Positions 1 to 8,848 of a DNA stretch of 38,705 bases are shown here, one piece after another. Numbering within the stretch: position 1 is the stretch's first letter; the number at the start of each line of letters is the position of its first letter. Made by a program: the position numbers and the translations under genes. The notes under the pieces were generated by a model that was given only the letters and a program-made list of their open reading frames with translations, was not told the origin of the DNA and ran no database searches. Source of the DNA: a virus (taxonomy: Duplodnaviria > Caudoviricetes); IMG/VR virus record IMGVR_UViG_3300030397_000524, positions 1 to 38,705 of that record; one strand, given 5' to 3'.

Positions 1-44
1 CCATTTATCTGTTACTGAATAGGGTACTAACTGTGTATTTTCAT

Positions 45-494
45 TCATGCTGCTAACCTTAATTTCATTTTAGTTTCTGTCATATGGAAGACAAGCATTG
101 CAGCATCTCTTGCGTGCTGGCTGCATCTACCCGTATATCCTGTGATTTGCTGGAAGGCTTTCGCGTTCTTCTTGCTGTCCTGGGGGCGCACTCTTAGGAC
201 GGTTAAGCCCATGCTTTCAAAGCGCTCAATAAGCAGAGTTGCTTCCCTTGCATTCGCTCCTACATTTCTACTTATCCGCTGCATACCCTTGTGATTGGTA
301 TTGCGAAAGAATGTGGGCTTATTCAGGGTTGGATCTTCGATAACAAAACAGGCAGGGTTACTTACTACTACAGGGCCTATGTCATAAAACAGATCCCAAA
401 ACGTTGTAGTCTTGATAACATCAAACTGCTGCTTATCTGAACACCACACAGCACAGCCTGTCTTTTTTCCTGCGTCGATTCCTATAAATTTCAT
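45..494 (-). CDS. RuvC-like (RNase H fold) Holliday junction resolvase
   Basis: N-terminal FIGIDAGKKTGCAV beta-strand with catalytic Asp, internal VIED, C-terminal HARDAAML; sits at the distal end of the replication operon. Confidence 0.7.
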   Translation of the reverse strand: MKFIGIDAGKKTGCAVWCSDKQQFDVIKTTTFWDLFYDIGPVVVSNPACFVIEDPTLNKPTFFRNTNHKGMQRISRNVGANAREATLLIERFESMGLTVLRVRPQDSKKNAKAFQQITGYTGRCSQHARDAAMLVFHMTETKMKLRLAA

Positions 495-775
495 GCTTCC
501 ACCTCCAATTTTGAAATAATATTTTCATACTTAGACCGGAACGGGGGATATGCTTCTATTAGGTTCCGGGCCTCCTCAAGAGAGGCTATTATCGTGCTGT
601 AATGTCTGTCGAGTTGGACACCTATTTGAACAAGCGTCATATCCGTATGCTCTCTAAGCAACAAGGCGATCATATGACGCGGGTAGGCGTATTCCCTTTT
701 CTGGTCTCTAGAGAACACAGTAGATTCAGTTACGCCGAACTCCTCACATACTTCTTTTATAATCCTGTCTGTCAT
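491..775 (-). CDS. DnaA C-terminal-like HTH DNA-binding protein
   Basis: VCEEFGV...SRDQKREYAYPRHMIALLLREHTDMTLVQIGVQLDRHYSTII matches the DnaA domain IV pattern (R..AMYL.R..T..SL..IG..F.RDHTTV). Confidence 0.75.
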   Translation of the reverse strand: MTDRIIKEVCEEFGVTESTVFSRDQKREYAYPRHMIALLLREHTDMTLVQIGVQLDRHYSTIIASLEEARNLIEAYPPFRSKYENIISKLEVEA

Positions 776-1584
776 GCCGCTATCCTCGCTATTGATGGGT
801 TATTGTTCTGAGATGCATTAGGATTTAGCCATAAAGATTCCACCCGAGGACTGCGTGATGCTGCTCTTGCAGTTTTATCTATTCGCTCCCAACCTTCGAA
901 AAGAGATTTGTACAATTCGCAGTTGTATCCACTCAGGACAACCATGCCTTTTAAGGAATGAAGAGCAGATGCAAGTTCTTCGTGTTCAGCGTCCGTCATC
1001 TCGTAATCATAACCACCACTTGAGCGGGTGCTGTGGACATATGGAGGATCCACGTAATGCAAAGTATCGGACTTGTCATATCGATGGAGCACTGAAACAG
1101 CGCTATCATTTTCGATATAAACCAGTTCAAGCCTTCTAGAGATTTCGCTAAGGGTGTCTAGATACCCTCGCCATTCCTTGGCTAGATTTCTGCCGGCGTA
1201 AGACCTGAATCCTCCCTTCGAACCTTTTGGGTTCTTTTTCTGATCAGTGGACATACTGAACCAATAACGAACTACTGTCCTCCTTGCCAATTCAAGCTCA
1301 TCATCGGTTTGTTGTTGAGAGAGCATGTATTCATCCCTAGAGTAGGGAGTAAGTTCTAACAGCTCTTTTAGTTCAGTACCATTATTCCTGAGTACCTTGA
1401 ACAGAATGAATAGGCTTTTATTGATGTCGTTGTATATCTCTACTTCAGATCTTGGTTTTGACATTAAGACCGATGCCGCTCCACCATACACTTCAGTATA
1501 TATCCTATGAGGAGGGAAATGTGATATAATCCACTTACGAAGCCTAAACTTTCCTCCGAAATATCTGAGCACAGGCCTTCTCAT
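772..1584 (-). CDS. dam: DNA adenine methyltransferase (Dam/D12 class)
   Basis: LRYFGGKF, YTEVYGGAASVL (SAM motif I), YNDIN, catalytic YVDPPY, VVLSGY. Confidence 0.92.
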   Translation of the reverse strand: MRRPVLRYFGGKFRLRKWIISHFPPHRIYTEVYGGAASVLMSKPRSEVEIYNDINKSLFILFKVLRNNGTELKELLELTPYSRDEYMLSQQQTDDELELARRTVVRYWFSMSTDQKKNPKGSKGGFRSYAGRNLAKEWRGYLDTLSEISRRLELVYIENDSAVSVLHRYDKSDTLHYVDPPYVHSTRSSGGYDYEMTDAEHEELASALHSLKGMVVLSGYNCELYKSLFEGWERIDKTARAASRSPRVESLWLNPNASQNNNPSIARIAA

Positions 1585-1599
1585 GCCGCTATCCTCGCT
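772..1599. repeat. 19-bp perfect direct repeat TCATGCCGCTATCCTCGCT (772-790 and 1581-1599) flanking the methylase
   Basis: Read directly; on the minus strand it is SD (GAGG) + ATGA stop/start overlap and encodes ARIAA*. Confidence 0.95.
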
Positions 1600-1859
1600 G
1601 ATTCTTGTTCAAGCAGCTGCATACCCCTTGGCTGCTGGGTATTCCGCCTGTAGTGACTCAGGTACTGGCTAGGGGAATGAGGAGGCCGGCCGCTTATCAG
1701 CACCATCGAACCATCGCATCTTGTGGCGCCAGTCATAGCCCGCTCAGGCTCATGCTCGTATGCTAGCCACTGCCAGCCAGGTTGCCACTCGTAGGCGTGC
1801 TGCCTGGGACATGTGCGCTCTGTCGGGACGCCGTTTATGTGGAGTCTGTAACGGGTCAT
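1581..1859 (-). CDS. hypothetical phage protein
   Basis: ORF with SD (GGAGG), translationally coupled to dam via ATGA. Confidence 0.6.
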   Translation of the reverse strand: MTRYRLHINGVPTERTCPRQHAYEWQPGWQWLAYEHEPERAMTGATRCDGSMVLISGRPPHSPSQYLSHYRRNTQQPRGMQLLEQESARIAA

Positions 1860-2004
1860 TGGGTTGCCTCCTTCTCTGCATGAGAGTTCTCAACCCTCAC
1901 GATGAAGGGCGTGAACCCGTATAACCCGACAACCATAAACGAGAGAAGAATGCATGTACCAACGAAGTGCTTAAAGTCTTGAAATATGAATTCAAGTATT
2001 TCTA

Positions 2005-2319
2005 TCACAACCCCACCTCCGAAAACATGTCTATGGTGCTAGGGTCGCTGACTTCAATTACTCTTGCTCCTAGTGGTATTTTGTCCCAATAAAAACCAAG
2101 AGGGAGTTCATCGTATTTATCAGGGGTTTCTCCGTATTTACTAAGATATCTTTCTCTCACTCCTTGTCTAAGTCTCTTGACATCTTTGTGTAGCATTTCG
2201 TCTTCTAAGACATCAAGATCACAGTAATGCTGCCCGTCACAGACTGGTATTTCCAAGAGATCTCCAAAGAATTCTGGTAAGTGGAGTATTCCGTGTAATT
2301 CAAGTATGTATCTTTTCAC
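2005..2319 (-). CDS. hypothetical phage protein
   Basis: GTG start preceded by AGGAGG; co-oriented in operon. Confidence 0.6.
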   Translation of the reverse strand: MKRYILELHGILHLPEFFGDLLEIPVCDGQHYCDLDVLEDEMLHKDVKRLRQGVRERYLSKYGETPDKYDELPLGFYWDKIPLGARVIEVSDPSTIDMFSEVGL

Positions 2320-2332
2320 GCTGCTATCCTCC

Positions 2333-2572
2333 TTATGCTGCTTTGGGTTTTATTAATCGTAAATGAGATGGCTTAGGCACATCCACGTATTCGTTTGTCC
2401 AAGTCGTAATCATCGCGTCAACGTGATGATCAAACCAAATGAGAGATGGCTGCCTGCGTCCTGGATTCAGGGGATTCACCTTGTAGAGCCTACGAGCGTA
2501 CTCAATTACACTTTTCGGCATGTCCTGCTTGTGTTCTGCCATGAAGGCGGCAAGTTTCTGTTGGTGTGTCAT
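2333..2572 (-). CDS. hypothetical phage protein
   Basis: ATGA-coupled to upstream gene. Confidence 0.6.
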   Translation of the reverse strand: MTHQQKLAAFMAEHKQDMPKSVIEYARRLYKVNPLNPGRRQPSLIWFDHHVDAMITTWTNEYVDVPKPSHLRLIKPKAA

Positions 2573-2991
2573 GCTGCTCTCTTCAGTTTTACCCCGTTCT
2601 CCTTCTCCCAGGCCCTACAAAACTGGGATATGGTTGATTGACTACGTTCTGTTTCAAGAGCTATTCGCTTGTAGGTTAGTCCCATCTCTCTCAAGGCTAT
2701 GATTTTGGCTTTTTCCTCATCCGATAGGTGTCCAACCCTGGACTCAATCATCCTATGTGGATTGATAACGAAGGGACCTATCAGCTCTTCCAACCAGTCA
2801 AAAAACCTGGGCAGCCACACAAATTCATTCACAATGCGCTCCCCATTTGCTAGCGTAACGGTGTAGCGGTTTTTGCCACTCTCGTTTCTAATCAGGCTTC
2901 GGTTGATCATCACTTTGTCACTTGTCTTTGCAAAGAGCTCGGAGTTAGGGAGGGGATCAATCAGGTAAAGGTTTCTACGGGTTCTACTCAT
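2569..2991 (-). CDS. HTH DNA-binding protein (C-terminal HTH)
   Basis: HLSDEEKAKIIALREMGLTYKRIALETERSQSTISQF is a helix-turn-helix pattern. Confidence 0.7.
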   Translation of the reverse strand: MSRTRRNLYLIDPLPNSELFAKTSDKVMINRSLIRNESGKNRYTVTLANGERIVNEFVWLPRFFDWLEELIGPFVINPHRMIESRVGHLSDEEKAKIIALREMGLTYKRIALETERSQSTISQFCRAWEKENGVKLKRAA

Positions 2992-3512
2992 CTCACTACC
3001 TCCACATACCGGTACAGCGGATTATTAAATTCATCGAAGCTGCATTTATGCCAATTCTCTCGCTTCACTTCTGGAAACTTCGAACAGATTTTGAGTATCT
3101 CTCGTTCTGGTTGAGGCGTATCAAGCATTGCGCGGTACTGCCTATTCGCTTTGATAACCCGTTCAAAATCAGCAGGGGTAACAGGCGATTTGTACCGAAG
3201 CTTGTTGTTCATCTCCTCATCGAAAGCAAGCTCTTCCATGGCGAATCGTAATTCTGCTTTGCTGTAGCCTCTACCAGCCACAAGCGAAACCAGGATACCG
3301 ACTTGCTCCGGTTTTGCGTCTGGTTGGTAAAGAGCAAGTACAGAACTTACAGCCGTGGCTACGTCATTGGCCTGAGCCGGTACTCTCCATAGATCCTTGC
3401 TCAGGATTGAGGGCAGCCGCTGCAATACTGTGGATTCTTGTAAAACTTGTTGCGGGAGAGTATGTACTGTTGCCGTCTCCCTTTGGTGTTGGTGTGCTAT
3501 TTCTTGCTGCAT
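2988..3512 (-). CDS. hypothetical protein in the helicase-loader/lambda P-like position
   Basis: Directly downstream of and overlapping the initiator gene; PVTPADF motif; function inferred from position only. Confidence 0.5.
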   Translation of the reverse strand: MQQEIAHQHQRETATVHTLPQQVLQESTVLQRLPSILSKDLWRVPAQANDVATAVSSVLALYQPDAKPEQVGILVSLVAGRGYSKAELRFAMEELAFDEEMNNKLRYKSPVTPADFERVIKANRQYRAMLDTPQPEREILKICSKFPEVKRENWHKCSFDEFNNPLYRYVEVVR

Positions 3513-4245
3513 CAGCTTTTTCCAAAATCTTCAGGTAATTCTTTTCGTTTTTCCAGATCCAGTCAAAATTGACTTTCCAGGTTTTCCCAGGCAGCCTACC
3601 CAGGTAGAAGGGGAGTATCGATAGTCCCTCGTAAACCTGATCGATAACAGGCCAGATAGTAGGTGCTAGTTTTCTAACAGCCGCCACCCGATCAGGGGTT
3701 AGTTTTATGATTTTTGGTAGGGAGTAGATGGAGGCAAAATTATTCCAGCTTTGCTTCACCTCATCGTAGGATTGTATTCCACCCGGGAGTGCACGTACTC
3801 TGTTTTCCTTTTTGGTTTTAATGTTAGGTTTTCCTTGTTGGTTTTCAGATGGAGTTGACTCAGCTGCAACAACCGTTGACTCAGCTGCAACAATTGGTTG
3901 ACTCAGCTGCAACGACCGTTGACTCAGCTGCAACAATTCATCTTGTGTAATTGTTGACTCAGCTACAACAATTTGAGGGGTTTTACACTTCATTTTTTTG
4001 TAGCCATCAACCTCTAAAAAGCCCTCTTTTTTTAGCTTGTTTACAGCTCTCGAAACCTGTGATTTATCGAGTGGATTTCCCTTTTCATTTGGCACTCTTT
4101 CACCTATGGTTTTAAGGCTTGCGAAGCAGTAATTATTATTACCCTGGAAGCTCCGGATTGCTATCCAAACAAGCTTTATCCAAGCCGGTATTTTTGCTGT
4201 TAGTAGTTGCATCGGAACTCTGATTTCAATTTCATTTCTATCCAC
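3364..4245 (-). CDS. phage replication initiation protein (lambda O-like, N-terminal winged HTH)
   Basis: CFASLKTIGE...SQVSRAVNKLKKEGFL winged HTH; internal iterons; C-terminal WKVNFDWIWKNEKNYLKILE typical of phage replisome organisers. Confidence 0.8.
   Translation of the reverse strand: MDRNEIEIRVPMQLLTAKIPAWIKLVWIAIRSFQGNNNYCFASLKTIGERVPNEKGNPLDKSQVSRAVNKLKKEGFLEVDGYKKMKCKTPQIVVAESTITQDELLQLSQRSLQLSQPIVAAESTVVAAESTPSENQQGKPNIKTKKENRVRALPGGIQSYDEVKQSWNNFASIYSLPKIIKLTPDRVAAVRKLAPTIWPVIDQVYEGLSILPFYLGRLPGKTWKVNFDWIWKNEKNYLKILEKADAARNSTPTPKGDGNSTYSPATSFTRIHSIAAAALNPEQGSMESTGSGQ
3854..3969. repeat. 5 iterons GTTGACTCAGCT(G/A)CAAC; putative replication origin
   Basis: 17-bp copies at 3854, 3875, 3897, 3918, 3953 (spacing 21/22/21/35), each with GTTG...CAAC ends, inside the initiator gene next to an AT-rich tract. 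Confidence 0.85.
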
Positions 4246-4302
4246 ATCATTAACTACATTAAAGTGTTAGGGGAGGGAGTACCTCCCCACGAAAAACAGG
4301 CA

Positions 4303-5058
4303 TCAAAAGGGTAAATCTGACCCGTCATCTACTGGCTGTGGCTGGGCTTGCGGAGCCTGCTGTAAAGCCGGATCAGGAAATCCATTGCTGTACAAGTTTT
4401 GGGTATGATGTCCATTGTTTGGAGCCTGCTGAACAGATTGTGAGGGAGTCTGCGTGTGTTGCTGTACAGCCTGGTTTATCATCTGCTGGGACTGTTGTGG
4501 CTGTTGTTGGAAGCCATTTTGCACAGGCTGCGCAGGAGCCACAGCAGCCGGTGACAACTGATTGTCGGATGGCTTGTAGTAGGGGCTTCCTACGTCGCGT
4601 GACGGGTTTCTATCAAGCTCTCTTATGTAGTCAGGGGGGATACCAGGAGCCTGCATACCTTGAGGAAGGCGCATGATACTATCAATGTTGGCGTATGTGT
4701 TTTCGCCTTTGGTAGAGTGTACGATGTTGATAAAAGCAGCAGAACCAACTAGCTTCTCGATATCAAATCCTTGTGATTTTTCTTCTTGTGTAAAGGGTGC
4801 TCCGCGCCATGAGACGAGGTGTTGTCCCAGTTTAGATTTCTCGTGCAATGAGAAATTGTACATCTGGCTAATAGATATCGGTGTACCGTCCTCTTTTGCC
4901 TGGGGCGTGATGAATACAAGTCTTATTTTGTGTTTAGGGCCGTACATACCGTCCATTAGGCCCATGTCTATAACATCAATACAAGTAGCTGCTGTAGGTC
5001 CGGGGTTGGCGAGAACAAAGTCTCCTCCGTTACTGGTTGCGAGTAATTGTCTAGGCAT
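4303..5058 (-). CDS. putative single-stranded DNA-binding protein
   Basis: Likely start ATG 5058 (MPRQLL); globular domain, Q/P-rich linker and acidic DDGSDLPF tail typical of SSBs. Confidence 0.65.
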   Translation of the reverse strand: MPRQLLATSNGGDFVLANPGPTAATCIDVIDMGLMDGMYGPKHKIRLVFITPQAKEDGTPISISQMYNFSLHEKSKLGQHLVSWRGAPFTQEEKSQGFDIEKLVGSAAFINIVHSTKGENTYANIDSIMRLPQGMQAPGIPPDYIRELDRNPSRDVGSPYYKPSDNQLSPAAVAPAQPVQNGFQQQPQQSQQMINQAVQQHTQTPSQSVQQAPNNGHHTQNLYSNGFPDPALQQAPQAQPQPVDDGSDLPF

Positions 5059-5062
5059 AATC

Positions 5063-5506
5063 CTATAAAGTTTGTGATGATTGTTGTAAGTAGTGCATCT
5101 CTGCGCGTGCAAGCTTCATCTGCTCCAGGAGCATGTCTAGCTTGTTGCGCTTGCTGAAATACATTTCTTGAATGTGTACAAGATTGTTTTTTTCTGATTC
5201 GAGAATGTCCAGAAATTTTTCGTATTCCTCAGACCCTCTAGCCAGGTTGTCTAGTTGTTGAGCAGTGGGCTTAGAGTTGCCTTGTTTGTTCTGCTCTTCT
5301 CTGTGGTTTTCCATAAGAAGAGCAATACAAGATTTTCTTTTGTGCTCTAGTGTTTCACAGTGGTTCTTCTGAAGTCCGTACTGCGTCCCTAACTGCCTCA
5401 CTTCTTCAATAAGCGCATCGGTATCAATGCCAGTAATGGTGGCTGTGAGAGCGTTTATAGAGCTTTCAGGAGCTTTTGCTATTAGTTGTCTAGTCATCTG
5501 CGCCAC
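5063..5506 (-). CDS. coiled-coil hypothetical protein
   Basis: Helical heptad-like composition; in operon. Confidence 0.6.
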   Translation of the reverse strand: MAQMTRQLIAKAPESSINALTATITGIDTDALIEEVRQLGTQYGLQKNHCETLEHKRKSCIALLMENHREEQNKQGNSKPTAQQLDNLARGSEEYEKFLDILESEKNNLVHIQEMYFSKRNKLDMLLEQMKLARAEMHYLQQSSQTL

Positions 5507-5672
5507 CCCTCACAGTTATTGTCTGCCCTGGATCAAGCCGCAGGAAGTCTCCTGCTGGTTGCTCTTTCCATAGCATGAACATAACAGCAGCACAGAACCC
5601 AAAGCCAGTCAAGAAGGAGACAAGGACGAGTACGAAGCTAAATACATGGGGGCTTAGTTCAATTAGCGTCAT
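5490..5672 (-). CDS. small membrane protein
   Basis: One hydrophobic segment (VFSFVLVLVSFLTGFGFCAAVMFML); SD GGAGG. Confidence 0.55.
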   Translation of the reverse strand: MTLIELSPHVFSFVLVLVSFLTGFGFCAAVMFMLWKEQPAGDFLRLDPGQTITVRGGADD

Positions 5673-5742
5673 GACACCACCTCCAAGTGTTCAAGTGTGA
5701 TTGTCAGGAGAAAGGGGAGCCAGATGGAGAGGAGGAGAGTTC

Positions 5743-6084
5743 TCATGCTGCTTCTCTGTTAACTTGATCAATAACCTGAGAGTTAATCCAATTAACACGA
5801 GGTTTTGGGGGCTCTATGGGCCTAGAGATGTCATAAGACTTACAGATATCTTTCAGGAGTATGTCGGTGGGTGTGCCTTCTCCTTCAATGATGGCGTCGT
5901 ATTTGTTGCGCCAATCTTGGGCTTTTCTGTTAGAATCGGCGAGCTGATTTCGAAGGCTGAAGTTGGATATAACCAAGTCATTGACAATATCTGCCCATTG
6001 ATCAGGAGACAAAGTCTTGGTTTCTATCTGATCCCGAATATCAAATATCTGTGTATTTTCTGGTGTAAGATTTGTATCATTCAT
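5743..6084 (-). CDS. hypothetical phage protein
   Basis: Co-oriented ORF with AAGGA upstream. Confidence 0.55.
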   Translation of the reverse strand: MNDTNLTPENTQIFDIRDQIETKTLSPDQWADIVNDLVISNFSLRNQLADSNRKAQDWRNKYDAIIEGEGTPTDILLKDICKSYDISRPIEPPKPRVNWINSQVIDQVNREAA

Positions 6085-6156
6085 GTTCCTTACGCTGTAC
6101 AGCGTTGGTTATGGGCTTCCTGGTTGATTTTCCGGTCAGAGGGAAGCCCTGTTTAT

Positions 6157-6936
6157 TTAAACTGTAAGTGGTTCGCTGATTTCAAGTACAATAGACTGCT
6201 CTGTTGTTTCTTTTTGCACTGGCGCATTTGCCAGTAGCATCAGTAGCTTTTCTCCGCATTTTTCTGTGTAAGCATCCCTAGCAGCACCCCAAGCAGCATC
6301 CCAAGCAGCATCCCTAGCAGCAGCCCAAGCAGCATCCCAAGCAGCACCCCAAGCAGCATCCCAAGCAGCACCCCTAGCAGCAGCCCAAGCAGCATCCCAA
6401 GCAGCACCCCTAGCAGCACCCCTAGCAGCAGCCCAAGCAGCATCCCTAGCAGCAGCCCACTCTTCAGGATTTGGCCTATCGCCGTCTATGACTCGCTGAT
6501 GCAGTGTTGCAGTATTTTGAATTGCTTTTTTTTCTTTTTCTGTTTGTGCAAATCGTATTACGCCATAGTCTTTGTCAATAAGAAGCCAGGTAAGAAAATG
6601 GTTTACCACAAGAGATAGGTCCGCACCAACAGGAATGGCCTCCAAAAAGCGCAAGGGCCATGTTTTAGAGTATTCTCTGGTTGATTTCTCGAAAATACCT
6701 TCCTCTAGATAGGCTAGGTCAACAGGTATACCTAGTTCAGTTTCATACTTAGTATGGTCGCTTCCATGTATCGTACAGCCAACAGCGCATCCTTTTTCGC
6801 CATCAAAGTAGTCGTAGTTCTGTATTAGTGCATCGGCTTCCATATGCTCTTTCATGCGAGCAATTACAGCGTTTTTAAGTTCTTTTTCTCCGTGAAATGC
6901 TATCATGTTGTTTTGTAGTTTAAAGTGGTATGTCAA
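6157..6936 (-). CDS. phage protein with [A/D/G]AA[W/R] tetrapeptide repeats
   Basis: GCAVGCTIH N-domain followed by 15 tetrapeptide repeats; real start may be MIAFHG. Confidence 0.75.
   Translation of the reverse strand: MTYHFKLQNNMIAFHGEKELKNAVIARMKEHMEADALIQNYDYFDGEKGCAVGCTIHGSDHTKYETELGIPVDLAYLEEGIFEKSTREYSKTWPLRFLEAIPVGADLSLVVNHFLTWLLIDKDYGVIRFAQTEKEKKAIQNTATLHQRVIDGDRPNPEEWAAARDAAWAAARGAARGAAWDAAWAAARGAAWDAAWGAAWDAAWAAARDAAWDAAWGAARDAYTEKCGEKLLMLLANAPVQKETTEQSIVLEISEPLTV
6271..6456. repeat. 12-bp coding tandem repeat, about 15.5 units
   Basis: Minus-strand unit G(C/A/G)T GCT GCT (T/A)GG read directly. Confidence 0.95.
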
Positions 6937-6939
6937 AGT

Positions 6940-7317
6940 TCAAAAGGGGAGAATGTCGTTTCCTGGCTCTCCTAGTGTTGGTTTAGAGTCTAAAAGCCCT
7001 AGTCTATAGGCCTTTTTAGCTGTCTTGTGATCAACAAGAGCGCCCATAACTGTGTTGGCATGCTCTGATACAGGTGTATGTGGTTCATACCAACCCGTCT
7101 CTTCTTCTTTTTCTGTTAGCTTCCTAGTGTCATAAGGGTGAATCTCAGAAGCTAGGCAGCTCTCGCAATGATAGGGACCACATTGTACCATTCCCACACC
7201 TACATCTACGTGATCAGCATCACAAGGGGTGTTGCAGTAAGGACAAGGCTTTTGGTATATCGTGTAAGCACTGCTCCTGATAGCTTCACCGTTTCCTAAG
7301 TCTATTATTCTATCCAT
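6940..7317 (-). CDS. Cys-rich (zinc-binding) hypothetical protein
   Basis: CPYC...C..DHVDVGVGMVQCGPYHCESC; flanked by 11-bp direct repeat TGTCAAAGTTC. Confidence 0.65.
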   Translation of the reverse strand: MDRIIDLGNGEAIRSSAYTIYQKPCPYCNTPCDADHVDVGVGMVQCGPYHCESCLASEIHPYDTRKLTEKEEETGWYEPHTPVSEHANTVMGALVDHKTAKKAYRLGLLDSKPTLGEPGNDILPF

Positions 7318-7378
7318 GATTCTACTTTGTCAAAGTTCTAAGGCAGAGAGGGTTACATTCGTATAAGTTTCTATCATC

Positions 7379-7642
7379 TTAACTCTCAGGGTGCCTTACC
7401 TGTTGGTTATGAAAATCATACTCCCCCTCTGCCTTGTTTTGTGTGTTGGTGGACGTGTTGAGTGCGACCCCAAGTCCAGCGCTCAAGTTGATAGCCCTGG
7501 GAGGGCTCTGAGCCTGTCGATACGTATCACGCCCATGTGGTAAGTTTGCTGCTCGTCCTATAAGCATCCCGACTCCTATTCCTAAGACCAACCAGCCGAT
7601 TGAGCCGAGGACAAGCAGTGCTATGAAGGGGGCAAAGTTCAT
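7379..7642 (-). CDS. small membrane-anchored hypothetical protein
   Basis: N-terminal hydrophobic segment; TAATG coupling with upstream gene. Confidence 0.5.
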   Translation of the reverse strand: MNFAPFIALLVLGSIGWLVLGIGVGMLIGRAANLPHGRDTYRQAQSPPRAINLSAGLGVALNTSTNTQNKAEGEYDFHNQQVRHPES

Positions 7643-7980
7643 TATGCAACCTTTCGTTTTTCTTCGTAATACCTGTGCATGCCATAAAGCTTGTTGATGT
7701 CAAGCATACAGCCAGTGCAACACAGTTTTTTATCCCCGTTGCGGGTCCAGTAGTAATGGGTCTGCTTACAGTCCTGAGCATGATTCATTAGCTCGTGCTG
7801 AAGTTCGTTATCTCCCCTGTGTCTTTCGTCCTCCTTTTCGTTCTGCCATAGCCTATCCAGAGGGTTGTAGTCTGATATATCAGGCATGCGGATTTCAGTA
7901 GGAGTAAACCATGGCTCTACACCTTCATCCATGGTGTCATACACGCCGTCCGTTCTTGGTTCTGGGTTGTATTCTTCCAT
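7642..7980 (-). CDS. hypothetical protein (C-terminal Cys/His cluster)
   Basis: Coupled ORF in operon. Confidence 0.55.
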   Translation of the reverse strand: MEEYNPEPRTDGVYDTMDEGVEPWFTPTEIRMPDISDYNPLDRLWQNEKEDERHRGDNELQHELMNHAQDCKQTHYYWTRNGDKKLCCTGCMLDINKLYGMHRYYEEKRKVA

Positions 7981-8333
7981 TACACAGCCTCCTGGATAGA
8001 TTTATTGAGAAAATTGTCCAGTTTGCTGATAAGGATTCCATGTGACACCATACCGCAAGTAAAGTCTTGCTCATAAGGGGTGTCTCTATCCATAAAGAAC
8101 TTGGACTCACTGAAATCAAATTCAGCTTCAAGCCAACTACCTTGTACTTGGATGTAGTATCTTCTTTGGTCAATGAGGTCTAGGTCCGACATTCTCTGAA
8201 CCTGCAACCTGGGAGAGGCGAGCGTTTCAATCGCCTCGTTCATGCCATCAATAATCCCATCAGGGTACGTCCCGTCAATTGCTAGCCGCCCGCAAAAGTC
8301 TCTTAGTTTGGTTATTGCCTCGGTTCTTGTCAC
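7980..8333 (-). CDS. hypothetical phage protein
   Basis: GTG start with GGAGG SD. Confidence 0.55.
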   Translation of the reverse strand: MTRTEAITKLRDFCGRLAIDGTYPDGIIDGMNEAIETLASPRLQVQRMSDLDLIDQRRYYIQVQGSWLEAEFDFSESKFFMDRDTPYEQDFTCGMVSHGILISKLDNFLNKSIQEAV

Positions 8334-8469
8334 GATTTCACCTCCTTCTTTGTAGCTGCTTCGTAGAGTCGGTTGAGGGCCTTGTGCATCATCGCCTTGG
8401 TCTCTGGATCATTTGCCAAAGCATTGTCGATAAGTGTCTTTAAGGCTTTGTAAATGTTGATCAGTGTCA

Positions 8470-8691
8470 TCAATCCGTTACCTCCACTATTGCATTTTTG
8501 CCGCGCTTGAGCTGCATGAAGTTGGGATTGTTATATACCGCATCCTTTATGAACTCTCTGCCCGCATAGCTGACAGCGTTGATTAGCTGATTACTTGGCA
8601 CATCAACCTCGAAAAACTGGCTTTCCTCTTTTCCAGAGGGAGTGATGTATGTTGCGAGGAAGGTTTTAATCATCTTTATCCACCTCTTCAC
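8470..8691 (-). CDS. hypothetical phage protein
   Basis: Small co-oriented overlapping ORF. Confidence 0.5.
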   Translation of the reverse strand: MKRWIKMIKTFLATYITPSGKEESQFFEVDVPSNQLINAVSYAGREFIKDAVYNNPNFMQLKRGKNAIVEVTD

Positions 8692-8848
8692 CTTTATGGA
8701 ATGCTGCTACTTGAGTGCCTGTAAGCTGCCCCTCTGAGACCTCGTATCCACCGAAAACGCTAAAGACATAGACTTTGAAGTCAGAGTTTTTAGATGCCTC
8801 CTGGGCGTGCTTTTTGGCTTCAGCTAGGGTTTTATGGTGTGTTTTCAT
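8666..8848 (-). CDS. hypothetical phage protein
   Basis: ATGA-coupled, GAGGAG SD. Confidence 0.55.
   Translation of the reverse strand: MKTHHKTLAEAKKHAQEASKNSDFKVYVFSVFGGYEVSEGQLTGTQVAAFHKGEEVDKDD

Noticed and set aside
3854-3969. Possible mini-CRISPR array
   Set aside because: Spacers are only 4-5 bp (one of 18), the repeats lie in the initiator CDS and there are no cas genes; these are iterons.
6240-6443. ORF MLLGLLLGVLLG... resembling a membrane peptide
   Set aside because: Alternative-frame shadow of the 12-bp repeat within 6157-6936.
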